From Amoebidium appalachense (taxonomy: Eukaryota > Protista > Ichthyosporea): 64,000 bases of DNA. This document shows, piece after piece, positions 38,029 through 64,000 of the stretch (the first letter of the stretch is position 1; each line of letters opens with the position of its first letter). The translations under genes were made by a program, and so were the position numbers. The notes beneath the pieces are model-generated. The model saw only the letters and a program-made list of their open reading frames with translations, searched no databases and was not told the origin of the DNA. The stretch spans positions 14,044,914 to 14,108,913 of the forward strand of contig CAVNZM010000003.1 of the NCBI GenBank assembly GCA_963693365.1, read 5' to 3'.

Positions 38029-41000
38029 TTGTCAACACGTACACCTACAGACACAGCCGAACGCAGTGATCGCTCTGATAAGCGTCCCAGGGATCTTAAT
38101 GACCCTGAAACCACTTTCGAATCGGTTCCCCCTGACCCGAAACGCCCACACATACATGAAAGTGCGCGTGCGCCGGTGCCGTCGGAAACCTCAGGAGCAC
38201 GTTCGGGGCACATTTCTTCCTCCACGGAAGGTACCCCGACCACGCTCCCAAATCCTTTTGCGCGTGATCTCTCTGATGCAGAATGGCTTACATTACTTGC
38301 TGCATCTATTACTACGGCCCCGTGTTCTATTCCTAACACCGAAAAACCCACAACTGATAATTCTTCTAATAATTCTTCGTTGGGTGGGGCTTTGTCAGAT
38401 GAAGAGATCACAAAATTATTAGAGGATCCAAAAAAGTATAATCATTTAACCCCGGTGCAACGCAATCGCATTCGGGAGCTTCTGATCAAATATAAACGAT
38501 TGACAGATCTCACCAATCTCGCGGGTACCATGTCTCAATCGGGTACCACGCATGTGATCCGATTCAACGATAAGTGGGCTGGACGCCCACTCACATGTCA
38601 CCCGCGGCGCAACGCTGAAGTCGAGCGCCTCGCGGTGAAACATGAAATCGCCGAGATGCTCAAACTTGGTGTCGTACGCCCTTCTCGATCGGCCTGGGCT
38701 TCGCCAATTGTATTGGTCAAAAAGCCCGACGGCTCTATCCGTTTTTGCTGCGATTTTCGCCGCTTAAACAAAATCACCGAGAAGGATTCATACCCCATGC
38801 CGCGTATTGATCAATGTCTTGATGCTTTGCGCAACGCGCGATACTTCACGACACTTGATCTGCGCGCCGGGTATTGGCAGATCCGAATGGATGAAGATTC
38901 GATTGAGAAAACTGCCTTTACCTGCTCAGAGGGGCTATATGAATGGGTCACGATGCCATTCGGCCTTTGCAATGCCCCCGCTACATTCCAGCGCCACATG
39001 AATCTAATTTTAGCTGGCCTCACGTGGGACATGTGCCTCGTGTATCTCGACGATGTCATCATTTACTCTGACACCTTTGATGATCACATGTTTCACTTGG
39101 ATGTAGTCCTCACAAGACTACAAAATGCCGGCTGCAAATTGAACATTAAGAAATGTGAATTTGTCCAGCCGCAAGTGAAATACTTGGGTCACATTGTTTC
39201 GGACAAAGGTATTGCACCCAATCCCGCAAAGATAGAGGCGATAAAAGATTGGCCCATACCTACTACCAGTGCTGAAGCTCTTTCATTCCTCCAGCTCTGC
39301 GCGTGGTTTCGAAAGTTCGTGAAGGATTTTGCGGAAATCGCACATCCTTTACGCGAGATCACCAAGCCCTCTAATCCTTTTACTTGGGGCCCTGACCAAC
39401 AACAAGCTTTCGATACCCTCAAAGAAAAATTAACGACCGAACCAATCTTGGGTCACCCTGACTATGAAAAACCATTTTGGCTCGAGACCGACGCATGTAC
39501 AAAAGGTCTCGGCGCTGTGCTTTTTTCAAAAAGATGACCAAGGGCACCCACGCGTGATTGCATACGCGAGCCGCTCACTGCACGGCTCCGAGAAGAATTA
39601 TGCTGCCACCAAACTTGAAGCCGCGGCAGTTGTATGGGCAGTACAATACTTTCGGCCCTATCTCTATGGGAAGACTTTTGATCTAATTACTGATCATCAA
39701 GCTCTTTCCTATATGTTTTATAAACAGGAACTTACGGGTATTTTTGCTCGCTGGGCTATTACTCTTCAGGAGTACCATTTTAACATTACTTATCGCCCCG
39801 GCAAACATAATCAAGTTCCTGACGCACTGTCACGCAACCCTTTACCCCTCTCGCCCGATGAACCAATCGGAACCGACGAGAGCGCGGTAAATTTTGTTGA
39901 AGGGGATCCCGATCTGTATGATGACTCTCAAGACTATATTTCTACCATTGTTTTTGAGTCCTGGCATGCCCTCAATACCTCGGCAAATGCCAAATCATAC
40001 AAAAGAAATAATTCTCATGATCTGGAAACTGATTTAATATCAGCGATTCTCCCCACTTTCAACACACTGGATCCACAACAGGTAAGCGTGATGCAACTTT
40101 TAGATTCATCCCTTCGGCCAATCATCGATTATCTAATGTTGTCCAACCAACCGCTCCCCGACGACCCAAAAGCTGCACGCAAAGTAGCAGCTGAGGCCCC
40201 CAATTTCGTTATCCATGATAATATGCTTTATCATATTTACAAACCATCAAAAATCGCCAAACGCGATGAATACAAATATCAACTTTGTATACCGAATGGT
40301 ATGAAAAAGATGGTTTTGGAGGCCTGCCACAAAAATGTTCTTGCTGGTCATCGTGGAGTCACAAAAACCTTTTATAAACTTCGCGAACTGTACTATTGGG
40401 ATAACATGTTCGCTGATGTGCAACACTATGTACTATCGCGTGAAAAGTGCCAATCGGGGAAAAACCCCCCGCATAATGCACGTGCTCCTTTACACCCCAG
40501 ATCTATTCCTGCGGGTGCCTTCGCAGAGGTCCACATGGACTTCATACAAAGCTTACCCACTACCTTCGCGAAAAATAAACACATCGCAGTGTTTATTGAT
40601 CGTCTGACACGCTGGGTAATTACGGTCCCATTACCTGACCTCACTGCAGAAACAATTGCACAAACACTATTAGAGCACGTAATATGTCAGTACAGCGTAC
40701 CGACACGCATCATATGCGATAGCGCTAAACAACACATGAGTAAGCTCATCACTGACGCATGCCGCTTACTTGGCTTGGAACGGCTGATGTCGTCACCGTA
40801 CCACCACCAATCCAATGGCTTGGTGGAACGCCAAAATAAGACTATCTATTCCATCTTGCGTATGTACACTTCCTCCCATCAGTCTGATTGGGATATCTAT
40901 CTCCCAACTACGACCTGTGGGATAAACACGGCCGTACAAACCAGCACGGGAGATACACCTTTCTATCTCACACGTGGTTACGACCCACGTCTCCCACTGG

Positions 41001-41626
41001 ACGCTAATCTAAACCGGCCTGTTGATCCCTCCAACACGGAGGAAGAATATATTGCACGCTTGACTACCCAACTGCGCGAAGCACGCGAAGCAGCTGCTCG
41101 TGCTACTGTCAACGCGCAACTTATCCAAAAACTACACCATGATAAAAAGGTGAAACACCTGAAATTTTATCCTGGTAATGTTGTGTGGGTTCATAATCCG
41201 TCCACAAAATTGAAACGTACTGCGAGATTATCACACCAGTGGACTGGCCCTTTCAGGGTCATACAGGAATCCCCCCACAACCCAGATACCTACATTCTTG
41301 CGTATTTGAACAACAAACCGTACAAATATCCGGTACATCATGACCGCATGAAGCGGTATTTGGACCCCAGTGTGCGTCCCATTGATGTTCCGCTTCCGGC
41401 ACCCACGGTAAATTCGATTCAACCCCCGGTGCCTATCGCGATCACCCGGGAACAGCCCCCGATCTTTGAGGTCGAAATGGCGGATGGTTCCCTCCAATCA
41501 TGGCCCGATGACCATGATCACTGGTCCACCCCCATTGGGTTAGACCAGATCGCAATCTACACACTGGCCCAATCCCGACTGGCCAGCACACCAAAGCAGT
41601 TCCCGCGTCCAATGGACCTGGACTAA
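38029..41626 (+). pseudogene. Gypsy pol: reverse transcriptase, RNase H and integrase, with one frameshift near 39525
   Basis: RT motifs SAWASPIVLVKKPDGSIRFCCDFRRLN, MPFGLCNAPATFQR and YLDD. RNase H motifs TDACTKGLGAVL / RVIAYASRSL and TDHQAL. Integrase motifs GHRGVTKT, VHMDFI and PYHHQSNGLVERQN. No chromodomain. Confidence 0.93.
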
Positions 41627-42050
41627 AAAGATCCCGGGTCGATTCCCCTCCCCTCTCCGCACCTCCCCGGTACTGGCTATCGCGGCAAATCACTACCGTA
41701 AGGGTTTTTCTGGAGGTTTTCCCTTACCGAGTTTGACCAACTCACTCTTTTAATTCATATTCAGTCGGAACGGCGACTGGACGACCGAGGACGGTCGCTT
41801 TTTCTATACGGGGGAATGTAATGAGGACCGGCGACTGCCGGGCCGATCTGGCCCGAACCGGATCAGGATGACCCGGTCTGAGGGCGCGTGAGCCTGTGGC
41901 TCACGCTCATCAGAATGATATCCGACGACGCCTGAATAAAGACGTCATTCCCCTGTGTAGGGAACAACGGTCAGATCCTGTAGTAGAAGTCTCGTCCTTC
42001 TTTACATACATCCACAAGGGAGAAAAAACCACAGATGTGGTTCACCGGAC

Positions 42051-42627
42051 CAGGGTTCGACATTTGGGTTTCACAGTCGGGTATTTTCCGAAGGTTTGTG
42101 ACGTCATGTATTTTGGCCTCGCGAAAGGTGGGGTATTTCCGGGATATACATACTTTAAATAGGTCAGATATTCTTGTTGTATACCTATCCGCTAATATGT
42201 AAATATATCCTGCAGCATATAGCCCCTGTCCCCTGACTGGTCACTAGCTATAGCCAAAACACACATGATACACTACGGGTGAAAACTCAGTCTTGTTTTT
42301 CACCACGCGTGTAACCACCCGCCTACCTGCACCATTGTAACCTGAAACAGCCAGTCTAAGACTTTCGTTTAGGCGTTATAATCGCCTGTTCATCTCAGGA
42401 TAGAGACATTATGTTGCTGACTAACTTCAATGAATAGAGGCGTGTGGAGCGCGCCACCCGCTGAAAAGCTTTACTTTGACCACATTCGCACCTGTTCCTG
42501 TGTGCTAAGTTCTCTCCGTGTCTCTAACTTGTGGTCCTTTCTTAGATAAGTTTCTCTCTTGGGGATTTCTCTTACGGTCATTTCCCCTCTTGGGGCGCCC
42601 GCGCACCCAAGGCTTCTAGAGATCTGA

Positions 42628-42699
<72 letters not shown>

Positions 42700-42997
42700 C
42701 CCCCTCTCCCCGCAGGCTCTCCGAACGGTCTCTCGTTCTTCACGATCTCTCCTCTCTCCCTCTCTCTGTCTCTCAGTCTCTCTCTCTCTCTCTCGCTCCC
42801 CCCCTCCCCCCCGAGTCTCTCTCTCTCTCTCAGGCAGTTTTCTCTCCCTCGCTCTTTCTCTCTCGTCTCTCTCTCGCTCCCCCCCCCCCCCCCCCCCCCC
42901 CGCTCTCCCTCTCCCTCTCTCCCGGAGAGTCTCTCTCTCTCTCTCTCTCCCCCTCTCTCACGGTGCACTGAGACTCCCGGTCCTTTCTCTCCGAAGC

Positions 42998-43028
<31 letters not shown>

Positions 43029-44031
43029 CTCTCTCTTTCCCTCTCCTTCTCCCCCCCACCTCCGCCCCCCCCCTCCCTCTCCCTTTCTCCCCGAGAGTCT
43101 CTTTCTCTCTCTTTCTCTCCCTCCTCTCTCACGGTGCTCTGAGACTCCCGGTCCTTTCTCTCCGAAGTCCCCCCCCTCTCCCCCCCACCCCAACCCCTCC
43201 CTCACTACCCTTATAGCTCTCTCTTTGCCTGTTTCCTCCGCCTACATGCAACTGGGCTTCACATTATCTCTCTCGTCCCCCTCCCCCCCCCCCCCCCCCC
43301 TCTCTCCTCTCAGGCCCCCCTCCCCCCTACGGACCCCCGGCCAGCTCCGGCCCCAGGCACCCAGCCAACTTTCCAAACGTCCTTTGTCTCCCTCCTCCCC
43401 CTCCTCTCCCACACACACACACACAGTATGTATCTTCCTTGTCTGACCCTCTGTTCAACCCCCCCCCCCCCCTCCCCCCCCCCCCCCCCCCACCCCACCC
43501 CAACTCCCCTCCCGCCCTTCCTCCAATCCCTCGCTCCCTTCTCTCATTACCTGCAAATGGCACTGAGAGTCAAAGAGACTTACATATAGCTAAGCACCTT
43601 TCAAACCCTCTCTTGCGCATTGTGGTATACTGATGATGGCCTTCCCAATCTTAACCCCCCCCCCCCCCCCCCCATCCGATCCGGCCGGGTCCACCAAGAG
43701 CCCGAGGCTGAACCGCTGACCGAAATCCAAATAGGTATACGAATAGAACGAGATATTGCAATTCAGAGATAGACAATGTCACTCACTGCCTCCAATTTCC
43801 GGGATTGAATAGACCCCCAGAAACAGTGCTTTATCATGTAGGTAACTGCACAGAGGCAGCCAGGCAAACATATATAGACACAACAACCTTGTATGTATAC
43901 CCTATAACCCTTGTGTATGCCATAGTACCCTAGTCGGCCAAGGTAGAGTACCCCGTCCCTCAGCAAGTGGGGTATTTTGTTTTCGGGGTGGGGTATTTTG
44001 TAGGGTATTTTCCGGGTATTGTCTAACCCTG
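42051..44031. mobile_element. Non-autonomous hAT-like element (1981 bp)
   Basis: TIR CAGGGTTCGACA / TGTCTAACCCTG and 8-bp TSD CACCGGAC (42043-42050 and 44032-44039). Subterminal GGGTATTTT repeats; internal (CT)n and poly-C. Confidence 0.9.
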
Positions 44032-44072
44032 CACCGGACGATAGGTCACCTTCCAAATCTGGCATAACTTAG

Positions 44073-45715
<1,643 letters not shown>

Positions 45716-46140
45716 TAACTTAGCCCGCCCAAATTCCAAGAGAATGCGTGTGTAATTTTTTAACCGGTTGTATTGTTTTCTTAAGTCACAACCAAATGCG
45801 TAGAGCATTGCTAAAGTGCTTCAAATATGTAACCTAAAGCAATGTCAACATGTAATTAGTAGTTCATAGGTTAAATTTGTAGGGTTTTATTTGATTATAT
45901 GGGGATATTAGTGCAACGTTGAAGACGACGAAACCGCGAAGGGCGCAATGTCGTTACCCACATTTCAAAAAACTTTGTTATTGGGCTACAGAAAAAGCGC
46001 GTAAATAGTCCAATCAGCGTCTTGTGGAGTCGCACGCCAAAATCAAATAACCGTTTGCATGCGGGTATGATACGGTATACAGGTGCGACCGTAGCACTCA
46101 ACTTCCGGGCTATGTCGAGCTCACACTGGTGGTGTCAATA

Positions 46141-49860
<3,720 letters not shown>

Positions 49861-49869
49861 AGATGCATT

Positions 49870-50739
49870 TTTATACTGAGGGTCCTTGAAGCAGAAGTTG
49901 CCTCCTTTCTATCTAACAACTGTTGTAAACCTGGGCCTGTAACACTCTCGATATATGGTCTGGTCCCAATAGCTACTAGAGTATCCCATCTCGCGCTGAA
50001 ATTCAATAAGCACATAAGCCGCTTAAAGAAGTATTTGCCCTCCCACCCTCTCTTCTCTATCCGACCTGTCCCCTCCTCACCTCTCCCCTCTTTCCTTCCC
50101 TCTCTCTCTCCTTTTCCCCCGGGCACAAATACAAATAAACCCCGCAAGAGTGTGCGTGTGACTTTGGACTGCCACTTACTTATTAAACATGTACGCAATC
50201 ACAAGATAATCACGCAATATAACAAATGGAAAAAGATACCACACGACACTAGACCCGATGAAAGTAGACACGTTGAAAAACTAAGCCTTATGTCTCGTTT
50301 TATATATAATGACCGCCTTAACCATATTGCCAAATATGGCACTCGCAAATGTATAACCCCTAAATACATATTACCTTCCTGTAGAACTGGTCTTTCTCTA
50401 GCTGATGGTATTATTATTGATCAATTACCACGCTTTTACTGTACACGTGCTATACAGTGGAGATCTAATAAGTATAAGGTGGCATCGTTTGCATGCCCAA
50501 ACAACACACACACACACCAGTTTAAACGGTCATGTATCGCCAAATGTAGTTTGATCGACCACATAATACCGCAACACACACACGTCACATTCACAACAGA
50601 CACCCAGAAAGATAGCCTACCTGTAAATTACAACATCCTTGATTTTATACTAAACACGGGTAACTACGACCTGTTTATTAGATGTATTGATTGGCTTGAG
50701 AAACACATCATTACAAAATTCTGCGCACGCACACGCACG

Positions 50740-50830
<91 letters not shown>
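49870..50830 (+). mobile_element. 5'-truncated non-LTR retrotransposon ORF C-terminus running into (CA)n
   Basis: Open frame LEAEV..LVPIATRVSHLALKF..IQWRS..ACP..FKRSCIAKC..NYNILDFILN resembles the post-RT C-terminal region of LINE ORF2. Composition shifts relative to the flank. Boundaries are approximate and no TSD was found. Confidence 0.6.
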
Positions 50831-50832
<2 letters not shown>

Positions 50833-50856
50833 CCAGCTGATACCGAGTGTGTATGT

Positions 50857-51040
50857 GTGATGACTATATATCAGGGTTTACTTTCTCTATGAGACACCAT
50901 AAAGACTAAGAAAAATTAATTAGTTGGGGTTCCCCGTTTTTTTTTGTTTTTTTTTTTAGGGGGGGGGGGGACCCCAACTAATTGATTTTTCTTAGTCTTT
51001 ATGGTGTCTCGTAGAGAAAACCTTGATATATAGTCATCAC
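50857..51040. repeat. Fold-back inverted repeat (~75-bp arms) with a poly-T/poly-G centre
   Basis: GTGATGACTATATATC..GAGACACCATAAAGACTAAGAAAAAT.AATTAGTTGGGGT followed by its reverse complement. Confidence 0.9.
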
Positions 51041-51471
51041 CCGACATCTATGTACGTGATCATGATATACCGCTGAGGGGATAATCCGAGCAAAAACCCC
51101 CCATACCTGAGACTGGTCTCTCTTTGCCTCGAGTAAACAGCGTAAACCCCAATGCATATGGGTGCGCTATTTGCCAATTGAGACACTACCGTATTGCAGC
51201 CAATGCCATTAAATTGACTGGGCACACACGTGTCGGCCAGCAGACAACAGAGTTTCGCTAGCAAACGTACGGTGTTTCTTTTTTTCCCTTTTTTCTTTCT
51301 TCGACTCGCACTTGTCGTACCTATTTATTTGTACACCGCCACACACATGCACAGCCCTGGCGCAGCGCCCGCAATCCACCATGACGTAATAATAAAATAA
51401 AGGATGACGTCATCTTGGATTGATTGCGCAATCACAATGTTTGCGCAATCATCTCTTATACAGACTATCAT

Positions 51472-53304
51472 CACGGCCCTCTGTATAAACGAGTATGCGA
51501 AACTTGTACCAACGTTGCACCGCCCGACCACGGCCCTCTGGCCCTCTGAAAAAAAGACGGCCTGGATACAGAACGGGGTCAAAAGAGCAGATTGGTATTT
51601 CGATCCACTGGATTCGCTAGCAAACTACTATCAGTGCGCAGATTATGAAGGAAAACGGAAGGAAAAAAAAAAACGACTAAAGTTTATGAAGTGCTTCCTA
51701 TGTTCTAAGGCGTTTTTTTGTCTTAGAGTAAAATGCGCAAGCCCTATAGCACAAAGTTTTGGCATAGTGTACATAATAGTGTAGCTGAGTCTCAGTATAG
51801 TTATATCTATTGAGCAGTTCACGTTTACACATAGTGAGCAAAGATCTGCTACAAAACTAGAACTCTTCTTTGCGTATATTCTCTCAAAGGTGTTTCTATC
51901 CACTAGGTAACATAATACTACCTGTATGTTAAGTATTAGAACGTCTATGTCCTGCAACACTAACCACCAACCAATAAACACTGTGTAGCCCCCCCCCCCC
52001 CCCCCCCCGGGCAAACCCTCACACCTCTACCTACTGGCAAAAAAAGAAAAGAAAGAGGGTTAGAAAACACTGACAAAGCCGCTAGAGCTCTGCTTCCTCC
52101 AAATACGCCTCTACCATCCAATCGTACTCCGCCTCTGCTGCCTCCAGTGCAGCCACCAGCTCGTCATCGTTTCCCTCCATCTCCCACTCGACGGTAGGTG
52201 GTTCCGCCGTGGTTGTTTTGTTTTCACCTTTCTTTCCCTTCTTCCTCCCTTCGCCTCCCTTTTCCTCATTTTGCTCTCCTTTTTCTTCTTTGCTGGTTTT
52301 GTCGACGGCATGCTCCCTGCAACTGTGGCAGGGACGCCTGCCCCCGCGGCGGCCTCGCTCGCCGCCAAAGCGGCCGCCTGCACTGTTTTGGCTTTCCGGT
52401 TTGCTTTGTTGGGTGCTTTCTTCGCTTGTTCCTTGCGTTGACGCACATACGCGCTCAGGTGGCAGTTGGTTGCAACGGTTATTAGTCGTTCCACTAGTGC
52501 TCTCTTTTGCGTGCCGCACACCCCACACTCGTCCATAAGTGCCTTATCGGTATTGTACCTTTTGACTGCATGTTCGCTGAGTAGCACAGCCACCGTTCTA
52601 TGGCTGCCCCCCGGAAGGTACGTGTTGACCAGTGGCTTTAGCAGTGCCTCCACCACACAGTAGACCAATGTGACAATGCTCACTGTTGGTGGTGAAGGGA
52701 AAGTCAGGCCCCCCCGATTGGCGGCGCGGATGAGTCGGTAGTGATCGTCTGTGGCTCTCCCGGCCGTAGTGGTGGCTGTTTCGGTAGCTGTGGTGCTTGT
52801 TTCAGTGGGTGTGTTGGTGTTTTTGTTGGGTGTGGTGATTTCGAGATGTGCACGACATGTGTTGCAGCCAACACCGCGCACGTGAAGCGCGTGCACACAG
52901 AACCCTGCCCGGTAGGTTAGCACCTCTGGCTTTCTGACGTCTTCGCTGATTTTATAGACGTGGCCCCAGATGGTGTTGTTGTAGAGTGGGAGAATGGTCT
53001 CGATGGTGATCGTTTTGCGTTTGCTGTTGAGTGCTGTGTTCATGTTGTCGAACAGCTGTGTTACACTTGTGCCCGTCTGCACTGCCAGCTTTGCCAGCTT
53101 CTGCACCCGTATCCTTTTGACGGCCTGGAGAGTCTGTTCATAGAGGTGAGTTTATTGTGTGATTTGTGTATATATAGATGGCACGTGGCTATAAAAGTTT
53201 AATATGACACACTATGGCGCGGGCGCGCAAGCAGTGTATCATAGCATATCTTCGTGTGTACACAAGCATGGTTTAGGTATATCTGCATGGGGTTGTGTAT
53301 GTAT

Positions 53305-53349
<45 letters not shown>

Positions 53350-53866
53350 TACGGTGTGTGTGTGTGTGTGTGTGTGTGGTGTTTGGTGTATGTGTGTCTG
53401 TGTGTCTGTGTGTGTGTGTGTGCGTGTACGTGTGTGCATTTTTGTGGTTTGATTTCAACAGCCCCGCCCCCCCCCCCCCCCCCCCACCCCACCCCCTAAT
53501 TTCATTTTTCGTTCAGTTTTCTTTGCACCCTTTCTTTTCACCACACTCCTTTTATCCTGATACCCCCCGCTCCCCCTCCCCTCCTCCTCCAACCCCTTCT
53601 TCCGTCCCTGCCTCTCTCGCTATCCCCCCCCCCCCCCCCCCCCCCCCCCCCCTTTTTTTTTCCTCCTGATTATTTTATTCCCGGGGGCCACCATGTCATG
53701 ACACCACTATCCTATTATTAAGGTGAATCACCAAATCATCCTATATCTGTTCTGTCTCTGTTCTTTGTAATGCTGTATGAATCGTGTGTGTGTGATGTAT
53801 CTCTTGTGTTTCATTGTTGCAGGCAGTGGGTGGGTGGCTGAGTAGGGTAGGGGTGTGCGTGTGTGT

Positions 53867-53916
<50 letters not shown>

Positions 53917-54203
53917 AGGAGGGGAGGTACCCACCTGTGCTGTCCCAACGTTGTAGTTCCCACCGCTGTACTGTCGGATTGTGCCAAAAGCACCCTCAAG
54001 GGAGTCGGTTTGAAACTTTCTGGTGAGCACAAAGTTGAGCTTCTCGCCGCTCACGCCGCTGTCCAGGAGATAGCGGATGAGACTGGCCTGCAAATTAAAA
54101 GTCAGCAAAATCTGTGTGGCACCACATTTGACTACGCTTGGCATGTGAAAAACCATATGGAAACCCCCCCCCCCCCCCCTCCCCACCCACCCATCCCGAC
54201 ACA

Positions 54204-54267
<64 letters not shown>

Positions 54268-54347
54268 AACACACTGATGCGCGCGCACACACACACGTGT
54301 CACACACACACACACACACACACAGTGTCACACACAGACACACACAA

Positions 54348-54383
<36 letters not shown>

Positions 54384-55309
54384 TTCATGCCGGTCGACTC
54401 CTCATGTGACCTTGTGTGTTGGGGGGGTGAGGGGGTGAGGGGGCGAGGGCATGAGGACATTGGAGGGGATTTTGAGGGGGGGGGGGGGGGGTACCATTGT
54501 CTTGCTCGTAAACGCCAGCGACCACTGTGTTTCCTCCGTAAACCCTCCAGCCGGCGTGCCGCTCCGCTATTTCCAGGGCACGGACAACAAGCTGGCCGAA
54601 CACGAACATCTCCTTCTGGCGCTTCCTCGCTACTGCCTCTTCCTCTTGCCTTGCCCGAACCTTCTCCATCTTTGCGGCTCTCTCTTCCGGGTCCGTACGA
54701 GGAGGCGCGGAAGGGGCGCTCAGGTAACTGGGGCAGTTGGGAAAAATGCTCGGGACGGCGCCTGGCCTAGGCCACGCTTTGCCACCTTTTTTAACGATGT
54801 CATGGGCGGGAAAGTGACGGCAGCAGACCCGCGCAACACCGTGCGGGTCGAAGTTCTCAGGCCACTGCCTCGGCACAGCACGTAGCGACGCACTGAGAAG
54901 GTTCCGTGTTTCTTCGCGTAGCGTCTCGCTTTTAATGCGCCCGTCGTTTGGGTTGGGGAATTTGTAAACGAAAACCTTGTTTTGGTCGTCGTAGTTGCCT
55001 CTGCAGCCTGGAACACTGCATATGTTACCGATTTTGTTGCTACGCAGACCGTTACTTCTCTTCTTATCCATTCCAGGCTCGGGAGGAGCAGCTCCCTTCA
55101 TAAGGCCAGTCCCGCCGTCAGCCATGTTACCGATGTCTCCGTCTTTGAACCAAAAAAAGCGAGACGTAAACGAAAAACAACAACATACATGTTCTGTGCC
55201 GACATCTCGTTTTAGGGCCGGAATCCAGTGGATCGAGATACCACGAGCACAATGGAATGCGATTTTATGACGTAGTGTATCCAGGCCGTCTTTTTTTCAG
55301 AGGGCCGTG
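51472..55309 (-). mobile_element. P-element superfamily transposon (3838 bp), internally deleted
   Basis: TIR CACGGCCCTCTGAAAAAAAGACGGCCTGGATACA plus an inner inverted block TGGTAT.TCGATCCACTGGATTC. 7-bp TSD CTATCAT at 51465-51471 and 55310-55316. Confidence 0.92.
52111..55125 (-). pseudogene. THAP-domain P-element transposase lacking most of the catalytic core
   Basis: Exon 55125-54495 encodes THAP (CSVPGC..VCCRHF..AVPSIF) plus a coiled coil. Exon 54087-53935 has VLTRKFQTDSLEGAFGTIRQYSGGN. Exon 53133-52111 has YRAGF..CNTC..LIRAANRGGLTFPS. Exon 1 ends in phase 1 but exon 2 starts in phase 0. Confidence 0.85.
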
Positions 55310-55912
55310 CTATCATACGGACGAACTACCTTTAGAAGGAACAACCCCAGGGGGGGAAAAAAGGGGTTGTTCCATTGGCCAAACCAGTCGTGACTGTATC
55401 GTATCATACTTGAACGCAGCAGCCAGCGCGATCTCAAGTTCAACTGCAGTGTGAAGTGTCATACTCGACCTATGTCAAAGGAAACCGTTTTTTATGATCT
55501 TTTAAGCAACTTAAAGGACATAGTAGTATTGGTGCCCAAGCGTGTAGGGTCCTTGATGTGGAGCGTTACATGTTGTTTAATTCCAAAAGCAGCAAGAGAC
55601 TATTGTGAAATGTGTGCAGGTTGTTGATGGCGCTGCTCCCGACATCGACATCGGCAGCTCGTCATCATAAACGTTATATTGTTTTATAGTTCAGGCACGG
55701 AGAACACAGAGCAAGAAACTTCAAAGACAGAACGAAGATCTGCAGAGGGAATTAACTGCACACCACACACAGTACATAAATCAAAGCACACTACACGTTA
55801 TGCAGAAATAACAACACCCTGGTGATCAACACAACCAACACAAATCCTAAGAACAGGGGCGGAAAACAGGACACAGAACAAAGATAAACGCACGAAAGCA
55901 GAAGCACAGAAC

Positions 55913-63550
<7,638 letters not shown>

Positions 63551-63807
63551 GTTCGTGGCCCCTCCCCCCCCCCCCCCCCCCCTCCCCCCCCCTTCCCCAC
63601 CCACCCACACACACACATGCACACCAAACGTGGATCCGCGCACCCACACACACACGTGTGCACACACACCGGCACACGAATTCACACACACACGCGTGTG
63701 CACACGTACGCTCGTGCGCTCGTGCGCTCGTGCGCGCACACTCACACAAACTTACACACACACTCACACACACGTGCGTGCACACACTTACACGTGTGCA
63801 CGTGCAT

Positions 63808-63846
<39 letters not shown>

Positions 63847-64000
63847 TATATACACATCTCCGCCACCGTCACCATCACCACAACCACCTCCACAAACGCA
63901 GTCATCTTAGATTCTTTATTTTTCCCTCGTGCTTGCATGAGTTACCCTGCTCATTGTGAGCAACACGGTTGACCCACCTATGTTTCAGTAAAGCGGCATC

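Larger units (their letters stand above)
30998..42006 (+). mobile_element. Ty3/Gypsy LTR retrotransposon, defective
   Basis: 190-bp TG..CA LTRs: the 5' LTR is 30998-31156 plus 35379-35409, the 3' LTR is 41817-42006. 4-bp TSD TACA. PBS TGGTAGCAGAG (35410-35420, complementary to the tRNAiMet 3' end) and PPT GGGGGAA. Domain order PR-RT-RH-IN. Confidence 0.96.

Noticed and set aside
39515-39540. Programmed ribosomal frameshift in Gypsy pol
   Set aside because: It lies inside RNase H rather than at the gag-pol junction; one extra T in a T-run explains it.

Overview
Eukaryotic genomic DNA, very rich in (CA)n/(GT)n, (CT)n and poly-C/poly-G tracts. The gene content and tRNAiMet-type primer sites suggest an opisthokont, possibly a unicellular holozoan (inference). 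Five host genes could be reconstructed by hand: a coiled-coil protein with C-terminal PY motifs (3 exons, minus strand), UBE2K/Ubc1 (7 exons, 199 aa), a single-exon RGS protein, an ankyrin+PX protein (4 exons, minus strand) and a KLHDC1/2-like kelch protein (at least 7 exons, running off the window). Between them are a defective Ty3/Gypsy element with a non-autonomous Ty1/copia element nested in its 5' LTR, four non-autonomous hAT-like elements with 8-bp TSDs, two nested PIF/Harbinger-group MITEs, an internally deleted THAP/P-element with a 7-bp TSD, a non-LTR retrotransposon fragment and a decayed SWIM-finger gene. Two observations stand out. First, about 9 intronic copies of a 5'-truncated, retroposon-like repeat end in a poly-C run and mostly also start in one. 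Second, many introns carry complementary simple repeats at their two ends, and several acceptors sit directly on (CA)n with no polypyrimidine tract, which suggests RNA-structure-guided splicing. Most ORFs in the supplied track are microsatellite artefacts.
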